In this document: in pieces, positions 26,601 through 40,464 of the stretch
How the letters are laid out: the number at the start of each line of letters is the position of its first letter
Position numbering within the stretch: the stretch's first letter is position 1
Assembly: GCA_964247055.1 (NCBI GenBank)
Contig: OZ176052.1
Coordinates: 13,764,001 to 13,828,000, forward strand
Length of the DNA: 64,000 bases
Direction of reading: 5' to 3'
Source: Paragordius varius
Taxonomy: Eukaryota > Animalia > Nematomorpha
Program-made: the position numbers and the translations under genes
Notes under the pieces: generated by a model
Told to the model about the DNA's origin: nothing
Database searches by the model: none
What the model saw: the letters and a program-made list of their open reading frames with translations, nothing else

Positions 26601-29600
26601 ATCAAATTTGGATTTTAGGTAGCCATTTTTATTTTTAAAATCGTATAAAATAAATTTTTTAAATATTTAAAAAATTCATAAAAATTACATTTATAGTCCG
26701 ATCCCCAAAAATTTAGGGTGATGATGGAACTACCATAGGGCTACCCAAAAAAAATTATGGTGACATCACCTGATCAAATTTGGATTTTAGGTAGCCATTT
26801 TTATTTTTAAAATCGTATAAAATAAATTTTTTAAATATTTAAAAACTTCATAAAAATTACATTTATAGTCCGATCCCCAAAATATTTGGGGTGATGATGG
26901 AACTACCATAGGGCTACCCAAAAAAAATTATGGCGACATCACCTGATCAAATTTGGATTTTAGGTAGCCATTTTTATTTTTAAAATCATATAAAATAAAT
27001 TTTTTAAATATTTAAAAAATTCAAAAAAATTACATTTATACTCCGATCTCGACAATATTTGGGGTGATGATGGAACTACCATAGGGCTACCCAAAAAAAA
27101 TTATGGTGACATCACCTGATCTAATTTGGATTTTAGGTAGCCATTTTTATTTTTAAAATCGTATAAAATAAATTTTTTAAATATTTAAAAAATTCATAAA
27201 AATTATATTTATACTCCGATCTCGAAAATATTTGGGGTGATGATGGAACTAGCATAGGGCTACCCAAAAAAAATTATGGTGACATCACCTGATCAAATTT
27301 GGATTTTAGGTAGCCATTTTTATTTTTAAAATCGTATAAAATAAATTTTTTAAATATTTAAAAAATTCATAAAAATTATATTTATACTCCGATCTCGAAA
27401 ATATTTGGGGTGATGATGGAACTAGCATAGGGCTACCCAAAAAAAATTATGGTGACATCACCTGATCAAATTTGGATTTTAGGTAGCCATTTTTATTTTT
27501 AAAATCGTATAAAATAAATTTTTTAAATATTAAAAAAATTCATAAAAATTACATTTATAGTCCGATCCCCAAAGTATTTGGGGTGATGATGGAACTACCA
27601 TAGGGCTACCCAAAAAAATTATAGTGACATCACCTGATCAAATTTGGATTTTAGGTAGCCATTTTTATTTTTAAAATCGTATAAAATAAATTTTTTAAAT
27701 ATTTAAAAAATTCATAAAAATTACATTTATACTCAGATCTCGAAAATATTTGGGGTGATGATGGAATTACCATAGGGCTACCCAAAAAAAATATAGTGAC
27801 ATCACCTGATCAAATTTGGATTTTAGGTAGCCATTTTTATTTTTATAATCGTATAAAATAAATTTTTTAAATATTTAAAAAATTCATAAAAATTACATTT
27901 ATACTCCGATCTCGAAAATATTTGGGGTGATGATGGAACTACCATAGGGCTACCCAAAAAAAATTATGGTGACATCACCTGATCAAATTTGGATTTTAGG
28001 TAGCCATTTTTATTTTTAATATCGTATAAAATAAATTTTTTAAATATTTAAAAAATTCATAAAAATTACATTTATACTCCGATCTCGAAAATATTTGGGG
28101 TGATGATGGAACTACCATAGGGCTACCCAAAAAAATTATAGTGACATCACCTGATCAAATTTGGATTTTAGGTAGCCATTTTTATTTTTAAAATCGTATA
28201 AAATAAATTTTTTAAATATTTAAAAAATTCAAAAAAATTACATTTATACTCGGATCTCGACAATATTTGGGGTGATGATGGAATTACCATAGGGCTACCC
28301 AAAAAAAATTATGGTGACATCACCTGATCAAATTTGGATTTTAGGTAGCCATTTTTATTTTTAAAATCGTTTAAAATAAATTTTTTAAATATTTAAAAAA
28401 TTCATAAAAATTACATTTAAAGTCCGATCTCAAAAATATTTGGGGTTATGATGGAACTACCATAGGGCTACCCAAAAAAAATTATGGTGACATCACCTGA
28501 TCAAATTTGGATTTTAGTTAGCCATTTTTATTTTTAAAATCGTATAAAATAAATTTTTTAAATATTTAAAAAATTCAAAAAAATTACATTTATACTCCGA
28601 TCTCGACAATATTTGGGGTGATGATGGAATTACCATAGGGCTACCCAAAAAAAATTATGGTGACATCACCTGATCAAATTTGGATTTTAGGTAGCCATTT
28701 TTATTTTTAAAATCGTAAAATAAATTTTTTAAATATTTAAAAAATTCATAAAAATTACATTTATACTCCGATCTCGAAAATATTTGGGGTGATGATGGAA
28801 CTACCATAGGGCTACCCAAAAAAATTATAGTGACATCACCTGATCAAATTTGGATTTTAGGTAGCCATTTTTATTTTTAAAATCGTATAAAATAAATTTT
28901 TTAAATATTTAAAAAATTCAAAAAAATTACATTTATACTCCGATCTCGACAATATTTGGGGTGATGATGGAATTACCATAGGGCTACCCAAAAAAAATTA
29001 TGGTGACATCACCTGATCAAATTTGGATTTTAGGTAGCCATTTTTATTTTTAAAATCATATAAAATAAATTTTTTAAATATTTAAAAAATTCAAAAAAAT
29101 TACATTTATACTCCGATCTCAAAAATATTTGGGGTTATGATGGAACTACCATAGGGCTACCCAAAAAAAATTATGGCGACATCACCTGATCAAATTTGGA
29201 TTTTAGGTAGCCATTTTTATTTTTAAAATCGTATAAAATAAATTTTTTAAATATTTAAAAAATTCATAAAAATTACATTTATACTCCGATCTCGAAAATA
29301 TTTGGGGTGATGATGGAACTACCATAGGGCTACCCAAAAAAAATTATAGTGACATCACCTGATCAAATTTGGATTTTAGGTAGCCATTTTTATTTTTAAA
29401 ATCGTATAAAATAAATTTTTTAAATATTTAAAAAATTCATAAAAATTACATTTAAAGTCCGATCTCGACAATATTTGGGGTGATGATGGAATTACCATAG
29501 GGCTACCCAAAAAAAATTATGGTGACATCACCTGATCAAATTTGGATTTTAGGTAGCCATTTTTATTTTTAAAATCGTATAAAATAAATTTTTTAAATAA

Positions 29601-32600
29601 TTAAAAAATTTATAAAAATTACATTTATACTCCGATCTCGACAATATTTGGGGTGATGATGGAACTACCATAGGGCTACCCAAAAAAAATTATGGTGACA
29701 TCACCTGATCAAATTTGGATTTTAGGTAGCCATTTTTATTTTTAAAATCGTATAAAATAAATTTTTTAAATATTTAAAAAATTCATAAAAATTACATTTA
29801 TAGTCCGATCTCGAAAATATTTGGGGTGATGATGGAACTACCATAGGGCTACCCAAAAAAAATTATGGTGACATCACCTGATCAAATTTGGATTTTAGGT
29901 AGCCATTTTTATTTTTAAAATCGTATAAAATAAATTTTTAAAATATTTAAAAAATTCATAAAAATTCCATTATACTCCGATCTCGAAAATATTTGGGGTG
30001 ATGATGGAACTACCATAGGGCTACCCAAAAAAAATTATGGTGACATCACCTGATCAAATTTGGATTTTAGGTAGCCATTTTTATTTTTAAAATCGTATAA
30101 AATAAATTTTTTAAATATTTAAAAAATTCATAAAAATTACATTTATAGTCCGATCCCCAAAATATTTGGGGTGATGATGGAACTACCATAGGGCTACCCA
30201 AAAAAAATTATGGCGACATCACCTGATCAAATTTGGATTTTAGTTAGCCATTTTTATTTTTAAAATCATATAAAATAAATTTTTTAAATATTTAAAAAAT
30301 TCAAAAAAATTACATTTATACTCCGATCTCAAAAATATTTGGGGTTATGATGGAACTACCATAGGGCTACCCAAAAAAAATTATGGCGACATCACCTGAT
30401 CAAATTTGGATTTTAGGTAGCCATTTTTATTTTTAAAATCGTATAAAATAAATTTTTTAAATATTTAAAAAATTCATAAAAATTACATTTAAAGTCCGAT
30501 CCCAAAAATATTTGGGGTTCTGATGGAACTACCATAGGGCTACCCAAAAAAAATTATGGTGACATCACCTGATCAAATTTGGATTTTAGGTAGCCATTTT
30601 TATTTTTAAAATCGTATAAAATAAATTTTTTAAATATTTAAAAAATTCATAAAAATTACATTTATACTCCGATCTCGAAAATATTTGGGGTGATGATGGA
30701 ACTACCATAGGGCTACCCAAAAAAATTATAGTGACATCACCTGATCAAATTTGGATTTTAGGTAGCCATTTTTATTTTTAAAATCGTATAAAATAAATTT
30801 TTTAAATATTTAAAAAATTCATAAAAATTACATTTATACTCCGATCTCGAAAATATTTGGGGTGATGATGGAACTACCATAGGGCTACCCAAAAAAAATT
30901 ATAGTGACATCACCTGATCAAATTTGGATTTTAGGTAGCCATTTTTATTTTTAAAATCGTATAAAATAAATTTTTTAAATATTTAAAAAATTCATAAAAA
31001 ATACATTTATACTCCGATCTCAAAAATATTTGGGGTTATGATGGAACTACCATAGGGCTACCCAAAAAAAATTATAGTGACATCACCTGATCAAATTTGG
31101 ATTTTAGGTAGCCATTTTTATTTTTAAAATCGTATAAAATAAATTTTTTAAATATTTAAAAAATTCATAAAAATTACATTTATAGTCCGATCCCCAAAAT
31201 ATTTGGGGTGATGATAGAACTACCATAGGGCTACCCAAAAAAAATTATGGCGACATCACCTGATCAAATTTGGATTTTAGGTAGCCATTTTTATTTTTAA
31301 AATCGTATAAAATAAATTTTTTAAATATTTAAAAAATTCATAAAAATTACATTTATACTCCGATCTCGAAAATATTTGGGGTGATGATGGAACTACCATA
31401 GGGCTACCCAAAAAAAATTATGGTGACATCACCTGATCAAATTTGGATTTTAGGTAGCCATTTTTATTTTTAAAATCGTATAAAATAAATTTTTTAAATA
31501 AAAATTACATTTATAATCCGATCTCGACAATATTTGGGGTGATGATGGAACTACCATAGGGCTACCCAAAAAAAATTATGGTGACATCACCTGATCAAAC
31601 TTGGATTTTAGGTAGCCATTTTTATTTTTAAAATCGTATAAAATAAATTTTTTAAATATTTAAAAAATTCATAAAAATTACATTTATACTCCGATCTCGA
31701 AAATATTTGGGGTGATGATGGAACTACCATAGGGCTACCCAAAAAAATTATAGTGACATCACCTGATCAAATTTGGATTTTAGGTAGCCATTTTTATTTT
31801 TAAAATCGTATAAAATAAATTTTTTAAATATTTAAAAAATTCATAAAAATTACATTTATACTCCGATCTCGAAAATATTTGGGGTGATGATGGAACTACC
31901 ATAGGGCTACCCAAAAAAATTATAGTGACATCACCTGATCAAATTTGGATTTTAGGTAGCCATTTTTATTTTTAAAATCGTATAAAATAAATTTTTTAAA
32001 TATTTAAAAAATTCATAAAAATTACATTTATACTCCGATCTCGAAAATATTTGGGGTGATGATGGAACTACCATAGGGCTACCCAAAAAAAATTATAGTG
32101 ACATCACCTGATCAAATTTGGATTTTAGGTAGCCATTTTTATTTTTAAAATCGTATAAAATAAATTTTTTAAATATTTAAAAAATTCATAAAAAATACAT
32201 TTATACTCCGATCTCGAAAATATTTGGGGTGATGATGGAACTACCATAGGGCTACCCAAAAAAAATTATAGTGACATCACCTGATCAAATTTGGATTTTA
32301 GGTAGCCATTTTTATTTTTAAAATCGTATAAAATAAATTTTTTAAATATTTAAAAAATTCATAAAAATTACATTTATAGTCCGATCCCCAAAATATTTGG
32401 GGTGATGATAGAACTACCATAGGGCTACCCAAAAAAAATTATGGCGACATCACCTGATCAAATTTGGATTTTAGGTAGCCATTTTTATTTTTAAAATCGT
32501 ATAAAATAAATTTTTTAAATATTTAAAAAATTCATAAAAATTACATTTATACTCCGATCTCGAAAATATTTGGGGTGATGATGGAACTACCATAGGGCTA

Positions 32601-35600
32601 CCCAAAAAAAATTATGGTGACATCACCTGATCAAATTTGGATTTTAGGTAGCCATTTTTATTTTTAAAATCGTATAAAATAAATTTTTTAAATAAAAATT
32701 ACATTTATAATCCGATCTCGACAATATTTGGGGTGATGATGGAACTACCATAGGGCTACCCAAAAAAAATTATGGTGACATCACCTGATCAAATTTGGAT
32801 TTTAGGTAGCCATTTTTATTTTTAAAATCGTATAAAATAAATTTTTTAAATATTTAAAAAATTCATAAAAATTACATTTATTCCGATCTCGAAAATATTT
32901 GGGGTGATGATGGAACTATACCATAGGGCTACCCAAAAAAAATTTATGGCGACATCACCTGATCAATTTGGATTTTAGGTAGCCATTTTTATTTTTAAAA
33001 TCGTATAAAATAAATTTTTCAAATATTTAAAAAATTCATAAAAATTACATTTATACTCCGATCCCCAAAATATTTGGGGTGATGATGGAACTACTATAGG
33101 GCTACCCAAAAAAAATTATGGCGACATCACCTGATCAAATTTGGATTTTAGGTAGCCATTTTTATTTTTAAAATCGTATAAAATAAATTTTTTAAATATT
33201 TAAAAAATTCATAAAAATTATATTTATACTCCGATCTCGAAAATATTTGGGGTGATGATGGAACTACCATAGGGCTACCCAAAAAAAATCATGGCGACAT
33301 CACCTGATCAAATTTGGATTTTAGGTAGCCATTTTTATTTTTAAAATCGTATAAAATAAATTTTTTAAATATTTAAAAAATTCATAAAAATTACATTTAT
33401 AGTCCGATCCCCAAAATATTTGGGGTGATGATGGAACTACCATAGGGCTACCCAAAAAAAATTATGGCGACATCACCTGATCAAATTTGGATTTTAGGTA
33501 GCCATTTTTATTTTTAAAATCCTATAAAATAAATTTTTTTAATATTTAAAAAATTTATAAAAATTACATTTATACTCCGATCTCGAAAATATTTGGGGTG
33601 ATGATGGAACTACCATAGGGCTACCCAAAAAAAATTATGGTGACATCACCTGATCAAATTTGGATTTTAGGTAGCCATTTTTATTTTTAAAATCGTATAA
33701 AATAAATTTTTCAAATATTTAAAAAATTCATAAAAATTACATTTATTATCCGATCCCCAAAATATTTGGGGTGATGATGGAACTACTATAGGGCTACCCA
33801 AAAAAAATTATGGCGACATCACCTGATCAAATTTAGATTTTAGGTAGCCATTTTTATTTTTAAAATCGTATAAAATAAATTTTTTAAATATTTAAAAAAT
33901 TCATAAAAATTACATTTATAGTCCGATCCCCAAAGTATTCGGGGTGATGATGGAACTACCATAGGGCTACCCAAAAAAAATTATGGCGACATCACCTGAT
34001 CAAATTTAGATTTTAGGTAGCCATTTTTATTTTTAAAATCGTATAAAATAAATTTTTTAAATATTTAAAAAATTCATAAAAATTACATTTATAGTCCGAT
34101 CCCCAAAATATTCGGGGTGATGATGGAACTACCATAGGGCTACCCAAAAAAAATTATGGCGACATCACCTGATCAAATTTGGATTTTAGGTAGCCATTTT
34201 TATTTTTAAAATCGTATAAAATAAATTTTTTAAATATTTAAAAAATTCAAAAAAATTACATTTATACTCCGATCTCGACAATATTTGGGTTGATGATGGA
34301 ACTACCATAGGGCTACCCAAAAAAAATTATGGTGACATCACCTGATCAAATTTGGATTTTAGGTAGCCATTTTTATTTTTAAAATCGTATAAAATAAATT
34401 TTTTAAATATTTAAAAAATTCATAAAAATTACATTTATACTCCGATCCCCAAAATATTTTTGGTGATGATGGAACTACTATAGGGCTACCCAAAAAAAAT
34501 TTTGGCGACATCATCTGATCAAATTTGGATTTTAGGTAGCCATTTTTATTTTTAAAATCGTATAAAATAATTTTTTTAAATATTTAAAAAATTCATAAAA
34601 ATTACATTTATAGTCCGATCCCCAAAATATTTGGGGTGATGATGGAACTACCATAGGGCTACCCAAAAAAATTATAGTGACATCACCTGATCAAATTTGG
34701 ATTTTAGGTAGCCATTTTTATTTTTAAAATCGTATAAAATAAATTTTTTAAATATTTAAAAAATTCATAAAAATTACATTTATACTCCGATCTCGAAAAT
34801 ATTTGGGGTGATGATGGAACTACCATAGGGCTACCCAAAAAAAATTATGGTGACATCACCTGATCAAATTTGGATTTTAGGTAGCCATTTTTATTTTTAA
34901 AATCGTATAAAATAAATTTTTTAAATATTTAAAAAATTCATAAATATTACATTTATAGTCCGATCCCCAAAATATTTGGGGTGATGATGGAACTACCATA
35001 GGGCTACCCAAAAAAAATTATGGCGACATCACCTGATCAAATTTGGATTTTAGGTAGCCATTTTTATTTTTAAAATCGTATAAAATAAATTTTTTAAATA
35101 TTTAAAAAATTCAAAAAAATTACATTTATACTCCGATCTCGACAATATTTGGGGTGACGATGGAACTACCATAGGGCTACCCAAAAAAAATTATGGTGAC
35201 ATCACCTGATCAAATTTGGATTTTAGGTAGCCATTTTTATTTTTAAAATCGTATAAAATAAATTTTTTAAATATTTAAAAAATTCATAAAAATTACATTT
35301 ATACTCCGATCCCCAAAATATTTGGGGTGATGATGGAACTACCATATGGCTACCCAAAAAAATTATAGTGACATCACCTGATCAAATTTGGATTTTAGGT
35401 AGCCATTTTTATTTTTAAAATCGTATAAAATAAATTTTTTAAATATTTAAAAAATTCATAAAAATTACATTTATAGTCCGATCCCCAAAATATTCGGGGT
35501 GATGATGGAACTACCATAGGGCTACCCAAAAAAAATTATGGCGACATCACCTGATCAAATTTGGATTTTAGGTAGCCATTTTTATTTTTAAAATCGTATA

Positions 35601-35805
35601 AAATAAATTTTTTAAATATTTAAAAAATTCAAAAAAATTACATTTATACTCCGATCTCGACAATATTTGGGTTGATGATGGAACTACCATAGGGCTACCC
35701 AAAAAAAATTATGGTGACATCACCTGATCAAATTTGGATTTTAGGTAGCCATTTTTATTTTTAAAATCGTATAAAATAAATTTTTTAAATATTTAAAAAA
35801 TTCAT
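23604..35805. repeat. Long segmental duplication within the array, copy 2 (looser match extends back to about 22550)
   Basis: Same marker order as 2571-16150, for example ACTATACC at 13261 vs 32915 and TTGGGTTGAT at 16011 vs 35667. Confidence 0.93.
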
Positions 35806-38800
35806 AAATATTACATTTATGGTCCGATCCCCAAAATATTTGGGGTGATGATGGAACTACCATAGGGCTACCCAAAAAAAATTATGGCGACATCACCTGA
35901 TCAAATTTGGATTTTAGGTAGCCATTTTTATTTTTAAAATCGTATAAAATAAATTTTTTAAATATTTAAAAAATTCATAAAAATTACATTTATAGCCCGA
36001 TCCCCAAAGTATTCGGGGTGATGATGGAACTACCATAGGGCTACCCAAAAAAAATTATGGCGACATCACCTGATCAAATTTGGATTTTAGGTAGCCATTT
36101 TTATTTTTAAAATCGTTTAAAATAAATTTTTTAAATATTTAAAAAATTCATAAAAATTACATTTATACTCCGATCTCGAAAATATTTGGGGTGATGATGG
36201 AACTACCATAGAGCTACCCCAAAAAAATTATAGTGACATCACCTGATCAAATTTGGATTTTAGGTAGCCATTTTTATTTTTAAAATCGTATAAAATAAAT
36301 TTTTTAAATATTTAAAAAATTCATAAAAATTACATTTATAGTCCGATCCCCAAAATATTTGGGGTGATGATGGAACTACCATAGGGCTACCCAAAAAAAA
36401 TTATGGCGACATCACCTGATCAAATTTGGATTTTAGGTAGCCATTTTTATTTTTAAAATCGTATAAAATAAATTTTTTAAATATTTAAAAAATTCATAAA
36501 AATTACATTTATAGTCCGATCCCCAAAATATTTGTAGTGATGATGGAACTACCATAGGGCTACGCAAATAAAATTATGGTGACATCACCTGATCAAATTT
36601 GGATTTTAGGTAGCCATTTTTATTTTTAAAATCGTATAAAATAAATTTTTTAAATATTCATAAAAGTTACATTTATAGTCCGATCCCCAAAATATTTGTG
36701 GTGATGATGGAACTACCATAGGTCTACGCAAAAAAAATTATGGCGACATCATTTGATCAAATTTGGATTTTAGGTAGCCATTTTTATTTTTAAAATCGTA
36801 TAAAATAAATTTTTTAAATATTTAAAAAATTCATAAAAATTACATTTATAGTCCGATCCCCAAAATATTTGGGGTGATGATGGAACTACCATAGGGCTAC
36901 CCAAAAAAAGTATAGTGACATCACCTGATCAAATTTGGATTTTAGGTAGCCATTTTTATTTTTAAAATCGTATAAAATAAATTTTTTAAATATTTAAAAA
37001 ATTCATAAAAATTACATTTATACTCCGATCTCGAAAATATTTGGGGTGATGATGGAACTACCATAGGGCTACCCAAAAAAAATTATGGTGACATCACCTG
37101 ATCAAATTTGGATTTTAGGTAGCCATTTTTATTTTTAAAATCGTATAAAATAAATTTTTTAAATATTTAAAAAATTCATAAAAATTACATTTATAGTCCG
37201 ATCCCCAAAATATTTGGGGTGATGATGGAACTACCATAGGGCTACCCAAAAATAATTATGGCGACATCACCTGATCAAATTTGGATTTTAGGTAGCCATT
37301 TTTATTTTTAAAATCGTATAAAATAAATTTTTTAAATATTTAAAAAATTCATAAAAATTACATTTATAGTCCGATCCCCAAAGTATTTGGGGTGATGATG
37401 GAACTACCATAGGGCTACCCAAAAAAATTATAGTGACATCACCTGATCAAATTTGGATTTTAGGTAGCCATTTTTATTTTTAAAATCGTATAAAATAAAT
37501 TTTTTAAATATTTAAAAAATTCATAAAAATTACATTTATACTCCGATCTCGAAAATATTTGGGGTGATGATGGAACTACCATAGAGCTACCCCAAAAAAA
37601 TTATAGTGACATCACCTGATCAAATTTGGATTTTAGGTAGCCATTTTTATTTTTAAAATCGTATAAAATAAATTTTTTAAATATTTAAAAAATTCATAAA
37701 AATTACATTTATTGTCCGATCCCCAAAATATTTGGGGTGATGATGGAACTACCATAGGGCTACCCAAAAAAATTATAGTGACATCACCTGATCAAATTTG
37801 GATTTTAGGTAGCCATTTTTATTTTTAAAATCGTATAAAATAAATTTTTTAAATAAAAAATTCATAAAAATTACATTTATAGTCCGATCCTCAAAATATT
37901 TGGGGTGATGATGGAACTACTATAGGGCTACCCAAAAAAAATTATGGCGACATCACCTGATCAAATTTGGATTTTAGGTAGCCATTTTTATTTTTAAAAT
38001 CGTATAAAATAAATTTTTTAAATATTTAAAAAATTCATAAAAATTACATTTATACTCCGATCTCGAAAATATTTGGGGTGATTATGGAACTACCATAGGG
38101 CTACCCAAAAAAAATTATGGCGACATCACCTGATCAAATTTGGATTTTAGGTAGCCATTTTTATTTTTAAAATCGTATAAAATAAATTTTTTAAATATTT
38201 AAAAAATTCATAAAAATTACATTTATTGTCCGATCCCCAAAATATTTGGGGTGATGATGGAACTACCATAGGGCTACCCAAAAAAATTATAGTGACATCA
38301 CCTGATCAAATTTGGATTTTAGGTAGCCATTTTTATTTTTAAAATCGTATAAAATAAATTTTTTAAATAAAAAATTCATAAAAATTACATTTATAGTCCG
38401 ATCCCCAAAATATTTGGGGTGATGATGGAACTACTATAGGGCTACCTAAAAAAATTATGGCGACATCACCTGATCAAATTTGGATTTTAGGTAGCCATTT
38501 TTATTTTTAAAATCGTGTAAAATAAATTTTTTAAATATTTAAAAAATTCATAAAAATTACATTTATAGTCCGATCCCCAAAATATTTGGGGTGATGATGG
38601 AACTACTATAGGGCTACCCAAAAAAAATTATGGCGACATCACCTGATCAAATTTGGATTTTAGGTAGCCATTTTTATTTTTAAAATCGTATAAAATAAAT
38701 TTTTTAAATATTTAAAAAATTCATAAAAATTACATTTATAGCCCGATCCCCAAAGTATTCGGGGTGATGATGGAACTACCATAGGGCTACCCAAAAAAAA

Positions 38801-40464
38801 TTATGGCGACATCACCTGATCAAATTTGGATTTTAGGTAGCCATTTTTATTTTTAAAATCGTTTAAAATAAATTTTTTAAATATTTAAAAAATTCATAAA
38901 AATTACATTTATACTCCGATCTCGAAAATATTTGGGGTGATGATGGAACTACCATAGAGCTACCCCAAAAAAATTATAGTGACATCACCTGATCAAATTT
39001 GGATTTTAGGTAGCCATTTTTATTTTTAAAATCGTATAAAATAAATTTTTTAAATATTTAAAAAATTCATAAAAATTACATTTATAGTCCGATCCCCAAA
39101 ATATTTGTAGTGATGATGGAACTACCATAGGGCTACGCAAATAAAATTATGGTGACATCACCTGATCAAATTTGGATTTTAGGTAGCCATTTTTATTTTT
39201 AAAATCGTATAAAATAAATTTTTTAAATATTCATAAAAATTACATTTATAGTCCGATCCCCAAAATATTTGTGGTGATGATGGAACTACCATAGGTCTAC
39301 GCAAAAAAAATTATGGCGACATCATTTGATCAAATTTGGATTTTAGGTAGCCATTTTTATTTTTAAAATCGTATAAAATAAATTTTTTAAATATTTAAAA
39401 AATTCATAAAAATTACATTTATACTCCGATCTCGAAAATATTTGGGGTGATTATGGAATTACCATAGGGCTACCCAAAAAAAATTATGGTGACATCACCT
39501 GATCAAATTTGGATTTTAGGTAGCCATTTTTATTTTTAAAATCGTATAAAATAAATTTTTTAAATATTTAAAAAATTCATAAAAATTACATTTATAGTCC
39601 GATCCCCAAAATATTTGGGGTGATGATGGAACTTCCATAGGGCTACCCAAAAATAATTATGGCGACATCACCTGATCAAATTTGGATTTTAGGTAGCCAT
39701 TTTTATTTTTAAAATCGTATAAAATAAATTTTTTAAATATTTAAAAAATTCATAAAAATTACATTTATAGTCCGATCCCCAAAGTATTTGGGGTGATGAT
39801 GGAACTACCATAGGGCTACCCAAAAAAATTATAGTGACATCACCTGATCAAATTTGGATTTTAGGTAGCCATTTTTATTTTTAAAATCGTATAAAATAAA
39901 TTTTTTAAATATTTAAAAAATTCATAAAAATTACATTTATACTCCGATCCCCAAAATATTTGGGGTGATGATGGAACTACCATATGGCTACCCAAAAAAT
40001 TATAGTGACATCACCTGATCAAATTTGGATTTTAGGTAGCCATTTTTATTTTTAAAATCGTATAAAATAAATTTTTTAAATATTTAAAAAATTCATAAAA
40101 ATTACATTTATAGTCCGATCCCCAAAATATTTGTAGTGATGATGGAACTACCATAGGGCTACGCAAATAAAATTATGGTGACATCACCTGATCAAATTTG
40201 GATTTTAGGTAGCCATTTTTATTTTTAAAATCGTATAAAATAAATTTTTTAAATATTCATAAAAATTACATTTATAGTCCGATCCCCAAAATATTTGTGG
40301 TGATGATGGAACTACCATAGGTCTACGCAAAAAAAATTATGGCGACATCATTTGATCAAATTTGGATTTTAGGTAGCCATTTTTATTTTTAAAATCGTAT
40401 AAAATAAATTTTTTAAATATTTAAAAAATTCATAAAAATTACATTTATAGTCCGATCCCCAAAA

